A DNA stretch of 62,854 nucleotides, the filler included, from Gonapodya sp. JEL0774 (taxonomy: Eukaryota), in NCBI GenBank assembly GCA_027604505.1. It is 15 parts of 15 records of this genome, joined end to end, with 100 filler letters (N's around TTAATTAATTAA, not from the genome) between each part and the next. Parts side by side here need not be neighbours in the genome. Positions count along the whole stretch, not along the records: positions 46,218 to 50,305 come from JADIIX010001050.1; positions 50,406 to 54,492 come from JADIIX010001051.1; positions 54,593 to 58,674 come from JADIIX010001052.1; positions 58,775 to 62,854 come from JADIIX010001053.1; 11 more parts are not named here. One strand, written 5' to 3'. Below, piece by piece: positions 48,341-60,211 of this stretch (the first letter of the stretch is position 1; each line of letters starts with the position of its first letter). Both the position numbers and the translations under genes were made by a program. A model generated the notes under the pieces. That model was not told the DNA's origin, did not search any database, and worked only from the letters and a program-made list of their open reading frames with translations.

Positions 48341-49309
48341 CTACAGACACTCAATCTCCGAGAGTGCATCACGCAAGTCCGAGGTAATGTCCGTGAGGTG
48401 GTTGGGTTCGGGAGCACTACATCGTTCGGGCTCTCTCTCAAAAACACCCAACCCTGGCGAGGCGGGTGGTGTCAAATAGCGTTCTGAGGATGAGACAGAA
48501 CATGAATCTCCATCATTGCTCTCCAGAACTGCATGGTGGCCACTAGTGGTCACTGGTACAGGCTTCCGTCCTTGAGTACACGTTGGAAAGAGTGGAGGTT
48601 TCAAATCGAACGCTGTACTGTCCGAGACGGGCGAGTAGGGAGACTGCTTCCTTGGTGTGGGCACTGAAGTGACGATGATGAGAGGATTTATGGCCACATT
48701 TTCCGGCGGAGTTTCGTCGGACGGATATGTTATGACGGTGCCAAACACCGGAATATCCACAGAACCTCGATCCCGTCGTGTGCGACCAGACCGAGGTCCG
48801 TGCGGTGACCGAGATGATTGTCGGGTAGAAGGGTCAGGGGAGTACGGGTGATGCATAGATGCTCGCCGCGGTGCAGGTTTTGGTGAAGCGGAACGGTGCC
48901 CCGTATATTGATATTCCACATCCATAAGAGGCCCAGGCAATGAACGCCATGAATGGCACATCTTCGCGCTAGAGAAGTCCAGCTCCTCACAGGTAGAGTT
49001 GTCCGTATCCATGTGTTCGAAACAGAACGTTGGAATAGGCTTGCGGCTCAATATGTCTGAAACAAGTAGGGTCGATATTACATCACAGACGACGTTGACA
49101 GTCTAAGTTGAGCCGCAAAAGCCTCCCACAGGGTCCAACTCACCATCTGGATTCTCCTCTGACTGCAAATCTACTCCGCTGTCCATTCGGTTGTGCTCCA
49201 AGGTGTTTGCGGGACATCTCGAAGAAGGGACGGCCAGTCGCAAAACGTCACCAGCCGGCAAGCTCGGGGGCGCCGTCAGTGAACGTTGAGGGGTCGAAAA
49301 CTTGAGCAT
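48341..49309 (-). CDS. Hypothetical Ser/Pro-rich protein
   Basis: The 236-codon ORF at 49051-48341 can be joined in frame to an upstream exon (..MDSGVDLQSEENPD|DILSRK) through a GT-AG intron. No domain recognised. Confidence 0.5.
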
Positions 49310-50061
49310 GCTTGTAGTGTAATTGCCGTGTAAAAAGCAATCTGGCGGGGGAGCAGACGAGTTGGCTCCCGCTATATATCAGCATGTAATATTTCGAGGG
49401 GGTGGGCTCAGGCATGAACATAAGGCTGAGTCTCGTCACAACAAAGGATCTGCCACATTATCCATTGATTTATCCACTTTGGTGCGTATATGTCGAGGCG
49501 GAGACTTTTCGACACGAAATTGAGGCAGCCAAAATGCCCATTTAGTGACGACACGTAAAGCTCTGACTTCCTTGGCTTCCCAATGACATCAGTTCTCAGG
49601 TCCTACCTATAGTGAGAAACATACGTTGGTGGTCATATGGTGAACATGTCGGAAACGATATTGTGAAAGCAGCCGAGTGTACAGACGGACTGATCATGAA
49701 CGTTTGGTCTCTCCCACACTACGAATATCTCCCGCCTAAGCCCGCCGCGTTTTGCACATGCGGATATACATGTCCACTCGCGTACACCAGGAAGAAGTGT
49801 TTAAAACAAACGAGTTACATTTTGGAAAACACGCTAAAGTCTCCGGTATATGCATATGGTATGCGTGTGTTTTCTTCATTGTTCGGAGCTTCGTCGCCCG
49901 ATCTTTGCTGGGTTTGAAGCTGTAGCCGGCTGTCGCTTGCGTCCAATTCACCCGCACACGAAAGCCGAAAACGCAAGCTCTCTCACCAACAAAAGCGCAC
50001 CCGACCACATTCAAAACTTGCGAGTAGTTCCCAGAATCTCAGAAATCTTCACCTTGCAGCA

Positions 50062-50305
50062 ATGTCTGCCGACGGTCGCGCCTCTCGCGCTGGTTCCGTT
50101 ATCTCTGATGGCTCCGCATTTTCGAACATTGATGGTCCTTTCACGGTCAAAGCAACAGTAGCCGGTGTGACAAGGCTGTTCAGAATGAAGGAACCCCCTG
50201 TGTGGAATGATCTCGAAGCTCAGGTGCTTTAGCGCGGGCTTCTGGTGGTCGTTTCGTTGACTCTCACATAATGACTCACGCTTCCGTCATCAGATTCGTC
50301 AAGCT
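50062..50305 (+). CDS. N-terminus of a probable PB1-domain protein (truncated)
   Basis: MSADGRASRAGSVISDGSAFSNIDGPFTVKATVAGVTRLFRMKEPPVWNDLEAQ|IRQ fits the PB1 start (conserved Lys, RxF, ..L...I). Confidence 0.5.
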
Positions 50306-50405
50306 NNNNNNNNNNNNNNNNNNNNNNNNNNNNNNNNNNNNNNNNNNNNTTAATTAATTAANNNNNNNNNNNNNNNNNNNNNNNNNNNNNNNNNNNNNNN
50401 NNNNN

Positions 50406-52204
50406 CTCTGTCTACCCACCACGCTCAAGACTGTCTCTACACCTTTGTTTCTTGTGATAACGCAAAGCTCGGGTGTGATTTTGGATGTCTCCGACGCGAT
50501 TTGCCCTCTGACGGACTGGGGTTATCAAAATCAAGCATTCACGAGTGTCCATTTGAAATTGCTCGCTCAGTGATCACCGAGGCTATCAAAAATGAAACCA
50601 CTTTATCACGACGTCTTGAATCTGAGATTGAATCGCTGAAGGATCGCGTCACAGGCTTGGAACGCGCTGTAGCCGAAGCCAGCACGAACCAACGCTTGAG
50701 CGTCGCGGTCCCTGTCCCCCAATCCCAAGCTGGCACCCACGCGAGCATGGTTTCTGAGGTGGAATTTGAAAGTCTCTCCCAACGGCTCATCCAGCTTGAA
50801 CGGTCAATGACCGAGAACGCCGCATCCGCAAGCGACCTTGAGAGTCAAGGATCAACACCCCAGCACGAACAAAGCACTCAAAAATCCGTAACCTCAACGT
50901 TTGACATCAATAATTTTACCGAACGTCTCTCCCGAATCGACCGCACTCTTGCTGCTGTATCCCAACTCTTGATGTCTAAGCCCTTGGACCTCTTGGGTTT
51001 CCCAGTTGGCGCAGATACCGAACGCACCTTTTCCCTCTCAATAAATACACCGACCGTGCGACCAATTCTCGCCCTCACCACTGAGTCTCTCGTCACGGCT
51101 CTATCGTCACTCTGCCTCGCCGTATCAGTGACGAGCTGTGCGTTTCGGTGGCATCCGGAAGATCAGTATTCCAACGATGTTAATGACCAGATAGTTGGGA
51201 CGCTCTCCCGTGTTTTGGCCACAAGTGAATCCCTCAAACGTCTGTCGTTAACATATCAGCAGGGCTCGCGTGTGGATGAATGGTCAATGTCAGCCTTGCC
51301 AACAGGCTCTACGACCCGAACTCGCTCACCCCTCGCCACGACAATCCCCACCATTACTCTTTCTCACGCTGAATCTCTTGTTACTGCACTCAAAAGCAAT
51401 CCCAGAAGCAAACTCCGAGCTCTCAATCTTGACGGGTTCTCGCTGGATGCTGATGCGCTCAAGTACTTGGGCCGCGTAGCCGATTCCGATCCCAACTTTC
51501 CTGATATTGAAGTATCCGAGAGGGAGCCAGAGCGGGAGAGGGATCGCACGAGCACGTCGTCATCTGTGCCACAACGATCTCAAACACCCGTACCGGTGAC
51601 AGTGATGCAAGCGGAGCACGCGAAACAAGCGCAAATGCCCACGACAGCATTTTTTGATGCTTTGCCATCTCCAATATCACCTCAGAGCTCGTTGCCCATT
51701 CCCAACCACGACCTGAGCGCGGTAGACCGTACTGAAGGGAGCATGTCTGATTCTGCAGTAGGCCAGCACGCTAGAAGCAAAAGCGTACCAGGAGCAGTCT
51801 TTCGTCCACCGATGGAAGCATCTAGTTCCGTCCTTCGACCCTTAAATCACCAGGTCTCAGAGGAAATTGTGGAACATTCGAGTGCGAGTTCCTCTTCCCC
51901 GACAAGAGGTTCGAGCGACGACGGAAGTGTGAGACAAGTACCCTACAATTCAAAACCCACTACTGCGTTGCCTTCTCGACTGGAATCCACCCGCGACTCC
52001 AATTCGTCACGGTCTGCTGACATCGCAGGTGGACCAGGTTCGAGCACGACAGCGCCTCAAACTAAAGGGAAGCACAGCGGGAACTATATTCCAGCAATGT
52101 CGACCACGAGACGTATGTCTATTTTGGGAGGGGGAGCGAAACCCGGAGGAGGAGCCCAATCAATGAGCGTTGCCGCAGGGCCGATTATCAGGAGGAAGGA
52201 CTGA
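50406..52204 (+). CDS. TRAF-type zinc finger / coiled-coil protein, paralog A (5'-truncated)
   Basis: HAQDCLYTFVSCDNAKLGC..CLRRDL..HECPFE, then coiled coil, an LRR-like segment (LKRLSLTY, SKLRALNLDGF) and a disordered tail. Confidence 0.75.
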
Positions 52205-52702
52205 AGACGTCTCGGAATTTGCATATATATTTGGCATGATAGCGATGAATACTCTTGTATTAAGTCAAATGATGTTTGGGTTTCATCTCGTGGGTACGTC
52301 TGAGCGTTACAGAGCCTTGCAGGGGCAGAGAGGAGAGTATTGGTGAACGAAATGGATGATAGCTATGCTCGTGCTGAGCGATTCCGTGCGAGACACGAAG
52401 CGGTGGGGTTCCGATAACTGGCGGAGCGGAGAAGGAAGAAGCGAAGCATGCATACAGAATATGGTGTTTAGGATGGACCGCCAGCCAGGCGATCCTTCCA
52501 ACCACCAAGTCCACTTAATCTCCATTAATCGGATCCGAAGGCACCCAATCGCCAATACATTGGGGAAGAGCTTGGAAGAAGCTGGCCTCGGATCCATTCA
52601 ATCATTGGACTTCCAACGGTGATCAACATAGTCAGTCGCATATCAACTTTACGCCAAAAGAAGAGTATACTCGGTCTTTACAAACCGCAACTCAAGAAAC
52701 GA

Positions 52703-54492
52703 ATGTCGTCCTTCGATGATTCGAGTCGTTTGAGAGGCAATCGGGGAAAGTCAGGAATATTCACTGGACCCATTGACTTTCTCGCGGTTCCAGACTCCCT
52801 TCTGTACCGCTGCAGATACTGTTCGAACGTCCCAACTACAGCATACGGCAGTGTGGGTGTTCGCCTGCCGCTTCCTTCTGGTGGGTTTGGGAGCTGAATT
52901 CGATCTCGACTCAGGTTGATTCCACGCAGCCTGTATGCGAGAATTGCAACACGTCTGCCTCTCTCTCCCCGCATGCTCTATTTCAATCACTTGTTGACGA
53001 CTTACTGGCTTGGTGTCCCAATCGAACCCACGGATGCAGCGTCCAATGCAAACGGTCAGATTTGGATGCACACCTTGTTGAGGACTGTGCTTATTCTTTT
53101 GTTGCATGCGATAACTACCGACTTGGATGCACCTACCGGTGTCTACGTCGTGATTTGCTTTCCGACTTGAACGGAAATAGCATTCACGATTGCCCATTTG
53201 AAAGAGCTCGCTCGACATTGACTAAAGCCATCCAAAAAGAAGCAGGCTGTCAACATCTTTTAGGGGCCATTTTGCAGTCTCTCAGAAGTCGTGTGGCCGT
53301 ACTAGAAGTTGAAGCAGCCGGCAGATTCCAAAAGGACTCCTCTGGCACCTCCAAGAATGATGCGACAGTTGGACTGGATTCTCTCACGCAGTTTGATGCG
53401 CTGTCGCAACGGGTACAGAATCTGGAACAAGAAATGAGTCCGGAATCTCCAAGATATACGGACCGGTCTCGCTTGGGTGATGATACTTTGACAACGGACG
53501 AACAAAGTAATGATTGTATCCACGCTTCTACTGAACCGATTTTGAGGAAACTGAGGAAAATAGAATCGAATGTCGCAGCAATATCGTGCATTCTTGCTGT
53601 CAGAGAACTCGAGTTATCAGGATATTCTCTAAGAAGTGACGGGTTCTCTCATCCGCAAGTATCGATGTCATTCTCTCTGAATAGGTCCAATGTTAGCCCG
53701 AAGCTCGTACTTTCGACGGACTCTCTTGTGAGAGTACTACTTGCCCTTTGCTTTTGCACTATGATTACTGACTGCAATCTTGAGTGGTGCCCCGAACGAA
53801 ATGATCACAACACGTCTTTACAAGCGATCATCCGAGCGCTCTCCAGTGCCTTGGCAACCAACACTTCGTTGCGGACATTTTCTCTTGCGTACCGTCTAGA
53901 TTTTTTGGGGAGAGACTTCTCTTTAGTTTCAAAGTCTACCAACGCGTGTGAACCCTCAGGGGCTCTGGAGTCAAGCTTCGCACCTTGTATCACCAAGCAG
54001 GCTGTCGAAACACTCTTTTCTTCTTTGCGCAACAATTCTCAGTCCAAGCTTCGATCTCTGGAATTCATCGGTTTTCGCATAGAGGGGAATATCGAGAACA
54101 CTCTCAACCGCATTGCAGATGGCGACAAGTTTCCAGAGATCAAGTTTACTAAGCAACGTTCTGAGTTGTTTGCAAGCGAACAATTACCTCTGAACCTCGA
54201 TATTCCTGTGGTAAAAATATCAGTCGTCGAAGCTGACCAAGTCACGGGTAGCCGTATTTCGTTGGAGAATTCACTTCCCATACCTGTTCAGCTAAAGAAA
54301 TATTCTCCGAAGTTGAATATTGCAGCCACAATGGATGGTAGAAAGCAAACAGCCCCAAGGGAACCTGGCACCGTTGCGACAACAGAGGCGTGTGAATATG
54401 CCAGCAGAAGCTTGGAGGACCAAAAGCGAACACCTAGCGCAAGAGAAAGCAAGCTTGACACGAGAAATTTTTCCGGATTCTCGCTGGGTTTA
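52703..54492 (+). CDS. TRAF-type zinc finger / coiled-coil protein, paralog B (3'-truncated)
   Basis: Reduced RING-like CRYCSNVP..|..VCENC, then LAWCPNRTHGC..DAHLVEDCAYSFVACDNYRLGC..HDCPFE. Coiled coil and the same LRR-like block follow (LRTFSLAY, SKLRSLEFIGF). Confidence 0.75.
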
Positions 54493-54592
54493 NNNNNNNN
54501 NNNNNNNNNNNNNNNNNNNNNNNNNNNNNNNNNNNNTTAATTAATTAANNNNNNNNNNNNNNNNNNNNNNNNNNNNNNNNNNNNNNNNNNNN

Positions 54593-55650
54593 TTTGCCAA
54601 CTTCCGCCTCCAGTTCTCCCAATCCTTCAACGGTGTCGCATCGTTCACTGGCCCCTTGATCGCCTCTAACTACTTCTTCTCGGGCGATAACTCAGACAAC
54701 CTCACCAACGTCCAATGGGTCTATCTGGCAGTTTCCCTCATGGGCGTTCTCGTGGCCGTAACGTTCTTCTTCTCTGACATCCCCGAGGTTTCAGAAGCGG
54801 AACTCCAAGCCACCGCTGAGGCCAAAGCTCTCGCCGACGGACAAGCTCACGCAGACCAGCTCGCACTTCCATTCTGGAGGCAGTACCGTGCTATTGGTGG
54901 TGCCATCGCTCAGTTCCTCTACGTAGGCGCCCAAGTCACCATCGGATCCTTCTTCCTCAACTACACCTACGAGAACGCCGACATTCCCGACGCCCGTGGA
55001 TCGCAGCTGCTCTCGTACGCTCTCATTACGTTCACCGTCGGGCGATTCGTTGGAACTGCGTTGTTGGCGGTTATTTCCGCCCCAGTACTCCTGTTCGCTT
55101 ACTCAGTGCTTGCGGGAGGGTTGACCATCTTGGTCGGTTCAGTCCACGGAATGGCTGGTGTGGTAAGTGTCTTGAGGCGTTCTTTTTGGTGTTTTCTAGC
55201 CGACACTGATTCTCGCCATACTCGCCGGTCCTCAAACTTGTAGGTCTGCCTCATTATGGTGATGTTCTTTGAGTCCATCATGTACCCCGTGATCTTTGTA
55301 CTCGGAACCGCCAACCTTGGCCGCCACACCCGCCGTGCATCTGCTCTACTTGTGGTGAGTCTCTCAATCCACCGTAGATTTGTTTCTGTTGAACCTGCGC
55401 TGACCCAGATCCTCTGCATTATCTCCAGATGGGCGTGTCGGGCGGTGCGGTCTTCCCTCCTATCCAAGGTGCAATCGCTGAGTCTCACGGCACCCGTATA
55501 TCCTACTTCATTGCCGTACCATGCTTCGTCTACATTGCGTTGTGGGCGGCCTACATCTGGTCAATTGACGGGCGCAAGATTTTGGCGGACTCTGCTGAAG
55601 AGACGGGGTCGGCGGGAGAGAAGGAGGTTTTGGCGACTGAGAAGGTGTAA
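54593..55650 (+). CDS. MFS L-fucose permease (FucP/FHS)-like transporter, 5'-truncated
   Basis: Contains FRLQFSQSFNGVASFTGPLIAS, AQFLYVGAQV, FTVGRFVGT, FFESIMYPVIFVLG and MGVSGGAVFPPIQG. Stop at 55650. Confidence 0.9.
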
Positions 55651-56095
55651 ATGGGAGATTTATAGTTGTGAAATCGTGCATAATCCGAGCTGCGCGAGTC
55701 CAGAACTCAACTTTTAATTCTGTATCTTTGATAGCATCACTATGCTGATTTCTTGTGAGAGTATTCAATCGATTGTGGAATCCATATGTTCAAAGTTATA
55801 CTTTGGTGCATTTTCGATGAATGGTCAGATCAATGATCCCGGGCATGATTATTGATGACCAGTTAGTTCCGGAATATGGACGCTCGGTCTTAATGATTGA
55901 TGGATTACATGGAAACAAAATGTGAAATGGATGTCGAGGCATTACCCTATGCAAAGTACACACAACAACGAAACGAAACACTAGAATGTGCCGGGTGAAG
56001 CATGAACTACAACAATAACGACTGAAAGCACAACACTTGAAACTGTTCCACCAGCTAGCATATTGCGCGACCTTATTCGCTAGGCTCCCTCTTCT

Positions 56096-57106
56096 TCAAG
56101 AGCGATGTCCTAATCGGGTACTCCGTCTCACGAGCCCGTACTCCCCAAGTATCTGTATGATACCATGGTCCGGTCGCCAATACGTGATCACATTATGAAG
56201 ATCACGACGACTCGCACCGAAATCTGTGCCTGTCTCTAGTAGAAGTCGCACGACTTCAACATGGCCTCGCCGTGCTGCGATGCAAAGCGCTTCCCGAATC
56301 ACTCCTCCTTTGATATTGGCTCCTTGAGCAAGCAACTGTTCAACCACCGCTGCATGTCCATATCTACATGCTTCCCAGAGGCCCTCTTCCAAGAAACCAC
56401 TCTTGCGCTCGACGAGATACTTAACAATGTCAACGTGTCCATTCCTACAAGCTGCAGTCATGGCTGCCCTCTCATTCTTGCTCAGCTGCAAGCCACTTTC
56501 CATCAACAACTTCACTACTTCGACGTGCCCGTGTCCGCAAGCAACCCGCAGTGGGTAATCGTCTGAGTGCATGCCTTGCTGGGCCTCCATGTTCAAACGT
56601 TGAATGTCGCCCAGCAGCGTCATCATTATCTCAAGGCCACCGAAATGCGACCGGAGCGTGAGATGAGCGGAGGACGGGGGGTGCCACCCATGTGTGCCGG
56701 CCCCGGCAGCAAGCAACAGGCGGACTCGTTCAACATCTCCGGTGCAGCAGACACGAACCAGGGTATCGCGCAGGTCGCCCGCGCTTGCATCGCAGCGATT
56801 GATCAGAAATTGCGTCACGGCTACGTTGGCTGCGGGTCGATCGCACTCTTGGAGGAGCGCTTTGCGTGGACTTCCAAATCGACTGACCGCACGACGAGCA
56901 ATGTCCACGGGATTGTCCAAGGTAGCCCGAAGCTGTTTGCTGAGAGCGTCCGTTGGAAGACCAAAGGGATAAGCGTGCCAATATCGGCCGATGAGCTGTT
57001 GGATTTCGGGAGGAAGAGAAGGGAAGCGGAAGGCACATGACCGCGTGTTGTGAGATGGGGTGGAAGGGGAGTCAGCAATCCGCCGTCGGCGATATCGCGG
57101 AGGCAT
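56096..57106 (-). CDS. Intronless ankyrin-repeat protein with F-box-like N-terminal motif, paralog A
   Basis: FPSLPPEIQQLIGRY, then ankyrin repeats PLRVACGHGHVEVVKLLM, ACRNGHVDIVKYLV, ACRYGHAAVVEQLL and AARRGHVEVVRLLL. Confidence 0.88.
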   Translation of the reverse strand: MPPRYRRRRIADSPSTPSHNTRSCAFRFPSLPPEIQQLIGRYWHAYPFGLPTDALSKQLRATLDNPVDIARRAVSRFGSPRKALLQECDRPAANVAVTQFLINRCDASAGDLRDTLVRVCCTGDVERVRLLLAAGAGTHGWHPPSSAHLTLRSHFGGLEIMMTLLGDIQRLNMEAQQGMHSDDYPLRVACGHGHVEVVKLLMESGLQLSKNERAAMTAACRNGHVDIVKYLVERKSGFLEEGLWEACRYGHAAVVEQLLAQGANIKGGVIREALCIAARRGHVEVVRLLLETGTDFGASRRDLHNVITYWRPDHGIIQILGEYGLVRRSTRLGHRS

Positions 57107-57350
57107 TTCGGAGTTTTGACGTAGATTAAATGCTGAGGATTTTGCGATGTTCGACGTGCAGATTTTGATGGAAAGCTGTGTAAGGAAGTCTTTGCGAAGT
57201 AGATGTTACAAACATACCAGTCAACATAGAAGTATGTCCGTTACAATTATCGGTATATTGCCCGACCTCCGTTTGCATTACTTCAAGACTTAAATCTCCG
57301 TCTAACGCTCCGTCGTATCATTGCATTTACTGCAAATGTTCCCACCATCT

Positions 57351-58343
57351 TCAAGACCGACGTCCCAATCTTTTGCTCCTTCGGATCATCCCGTATTCGG
57401 CAAGTGTGTCCGTCATGACATCACTGGGCTGATACCCATCGCTCAATAGTTCCCGAATTGCCCGACGACAATTTTCAGCAGTTCCATATTTGTCGAAGAG
57501 AAGTCGCACGACGTCGACGTGCTCGCTCGACACTGCAAGGTGCACAGCGTCGTAAATGTCTTGGTCCAAATCGACTCCTTGAGACAGTAAATACTCCACT
57601 AAAGCTGCATGTCCGGTATAACAAGCTTCCAAAAGACCTTCCTCCAGGAAGCCGCATTTGTGTTCGACGAGATAGGTGACGAGGTCCATTTGCCCGTTGG
57701 AACAAGCATTCCTCATGACAGTCTCCGCATTTGTGCTCAGATGCAAGCCACTCTCCATCAGCACTTTCACGACTTCAACGTGTCCGTTTTCACAGGCGAC
57801 TCGGACAGGGTAATCCTCGGAGTGCGTACTAGGCACTCGCAGACCGCTTATGAAAATCGACATGAATCCGAATCCAAATGAGAATGGAAGGTAAGTGGGT
57901 GCCTCGGGGTCACACCTGTGTTTGCCCGCGCCGGCGGCGAGAAACAGACGGACTCGCTCGATGTCCCCTGTCGAACAGCTGCGGATCAACGCATGGAACA
58001 GGTGCCCTGCGCTCGCATCGCACCGATTTATCAACACATGCGTCACCGCAATATTGCCGTCTCGCTCGCACTCCCTCAATAGTGCCTTCCTCGGACTCCC
58101 AAACCACGCGATGGCTCGAGCAGCAACGTCCACCGGACTCCCCAACGTCCCTCGAAGCTGCCTGTTGAGAGTGTCCGTAGGAAGACCAAAAGGAACACTG
58201 TGCCAGTATCGGCCAACGTATTGTTGGATTTCGGGCGGGAGAGAGGTGAAAGGGAAGCGACTGGCAGGCGAAGGAGGGTTGTGAGCCATGGCAGAACGGG
58301 CACCGGCGATTCGCTGACGGCGAGATCGGGGAGGCATTTTCAT
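57351..58343 (-). CDS. Intronless ankyrin-repeat protein with F-box-like N-terminal motif, paralog B
   Basis: FTSLPPEIQQYVGRY, then PVRVACENGHVEVVKVLM, ACSNGQMDLVTYLV and ACYTGHAALVEYLL. Colinear with paralog A over its whole length. Confidence 0.88.
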   Translation of the reverse strand: MKMPPRSRRQRIAGARSAMAHNPPSPASRFPFTSLPPEIQQYVGRYWHSVPFGLPTDTLNRQLRGTLGSPVDVAARAIAWFGSPRKALLRECERDGNIAVTHVLINRCDASAGHLFHALIRSCSTGDIERVRLFLAAGAGKHRCDPEAPTYLPFSFGFGFMSIFISGLRVPSTHSEDYPVRVACENGHVEVVKVLMESGLHLSTNAETVMRNACSNGQMDLVTYLVEHKCGFLEEGLLEACYTGHAALVEYLLSQGVDLDQDIYDAVHLAVSSEHVDVVRLLFDKYGTAENCRRAIRELLSDGYQPSDVMTDTLAEYGMIRRSKRLGRRS

Positions 58344-58774
58344 GAGCTTTGCAGGAGAAGGAAAGGAATGAATGTGCGATGCTTGATGGAGAGTGCTTTA
58401 TAATGTGGAGGGGAGGTTGGTGGGACTTCCTTTTCCGTTCCAAAAACTCACAATATCACTTTATTTATTAAAGACAGATATACTACGAGAGGTACTCTGC
58501 CTGTCAATAGTAATCTATAAGCAACTTCGAGATGGGTATGCTGTCCGGTTAAGTGAACAACAGCAGGTCCCGGTCCTCAGTCTGTTGAGCAGCACATGAC
58601 ATTCATCACACTATCGCACCTCTCGCATCGAGTACCGCATTATCGCTTCCCTCCTCCAATTTCAGAGAAATGCCNNNNNNNNNNNNNNNNNNNNNNNNNN
58701 NNNNNNNNNNNNNNNNNNTTAATTAATTAANNNNNNNNNNNNNNNNNNNNNNNNNNNNNNNNNNNNNNNNNNNN

Positions 58775-59482
58775 GCAGGGTACGGGCGGAAGCATACAGC
58801 TGGTTTGTTCGTCATTGTTGCATTTGATTCTGCGAGTCAGGGTGTAAATATCCCCACTGTCAACTCTCACCCACATGGCCAGACTGTCTTCTATAACTCC
58901 CGTGCTCTCTTCAACCTCGCCCGTGCCACCCTCCCCCCGCACCTTCCCGACCTCCGTGCACCCACCTTCTCCCGTTACCTCATCGACCCGTTATCCACCC
59001 CTCCGTCTTCAACATCGCACGGATCCACTTCAACCGGGCGCAGCACGGAGTGGGCAGCTATCGAAGCTCCGACGGGGTACCGACACGTGGATGGATCCGG
59101 GTCCGCGCACGTTGGGTTCGTTGTGAGGTGGGCTGGGGAGGCGGTTTCGGGTGGGTGCGTAGGAGCCGTGGAGGAGTGGATACGTAAGCAAATGGGGAGG
59201 GGAGACTGGGGTAAGTGTGGAAGATTGTCTATGTCAGTGGTACGATTGTCTTAGTTCTTACTTGGGGTGTCCTCGGATGTGATGATTCCGTGGACGTGGA
59301 TGTGTCAGCCAAATCCAAGGAGCAACTCTCCCCACCTAGCGCCTACATACCCAACACGTTTCAGACAAGAGCCTAAATCTGGTGCCTCAACGCTTCATGA
59401 ATATACTCCCGGGTACGAGGAGATCGCACAATCACCAGGGTGGTGTGACTCGGTGATATACATGACCGCTTGGTTCTCATAA
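58775..59482 (+). CDS. C-terminal exons of a hypothetical protein
   Basis: Open frame from the contig edge to a GTAAGT donor at about 59211, then a probable last exon ending ..YMTAWFS* at 59482. Confidence 0.45.
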
Positions 59483-60211
59483 TAGCCTTGAACTGGGTTC
59501 TCGGATTTGCACTGTGATGGTGCCGACGGCTTGTTGAGAGCGCTGGGATGGTGTCCGGGCTCAAATTTCCATAGGTGTTACAGATTCATCATTATTTATA
59601 CTGGCTTGCGCGTCTGCTGTTCTTCACGATTTTGTTTTTCCTGGCTACTTGTAAAATACGTAAACTTACCGTGAAAATTACTACTGTTCTGTGGGTTCAT
59701 ACGTACCGATCCTGAAAGAACAGTACTGCGATTCATCATTCCGTTCAATTACCATAGGTTGGTCGAGCTGCCTGAAAACAGCCTCTTCTATGTATCTATA
59801 GTTATTTCGAGATGCCAGATGATATGTTATTTTGATTTTATCGACTTTGCTTTTGATCGCCGGAGTGTATGTTTATAAACACAATATTACCAATCTATGG
59901 TCCAAAGAGCTTTTTCGCTTGTGGCGAACCCGTCGGCCCCCCACTTTTACTAAAGAAAGGAATGGGCCAGAGACCCAAACACGGCTGTGGTGTGGGGATA
60001 TACGCAAAAGTGGACTTGCCGACCCCGAGTATAATGCCGAGGTATAAACCGAACGCTGCTCGTCCAAAACTAAGATTCCAACACCATTTGCGTCCAAGAA
60101 GCAAGCAGACCAAATTGTGGGCATGCACCCTCCAAAAAAGAAGATTCCAATGTCCATTTTGTGTCCAAGAAGCAATCTTTCTCTGTCCACTGTTCCCATT
60201 CGCCAGTCCCT

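Noticed and set aside
4124..58774. Regularly spaced TTAATTAATTAA palindrome every 4.2 kb or so, as a biological repeat or CRISPR-like array
   Set aside because: It is always embedded in exactly 44+44 N and interrupts unrelated genes, so it is a synthetic six-frame-stop linker.
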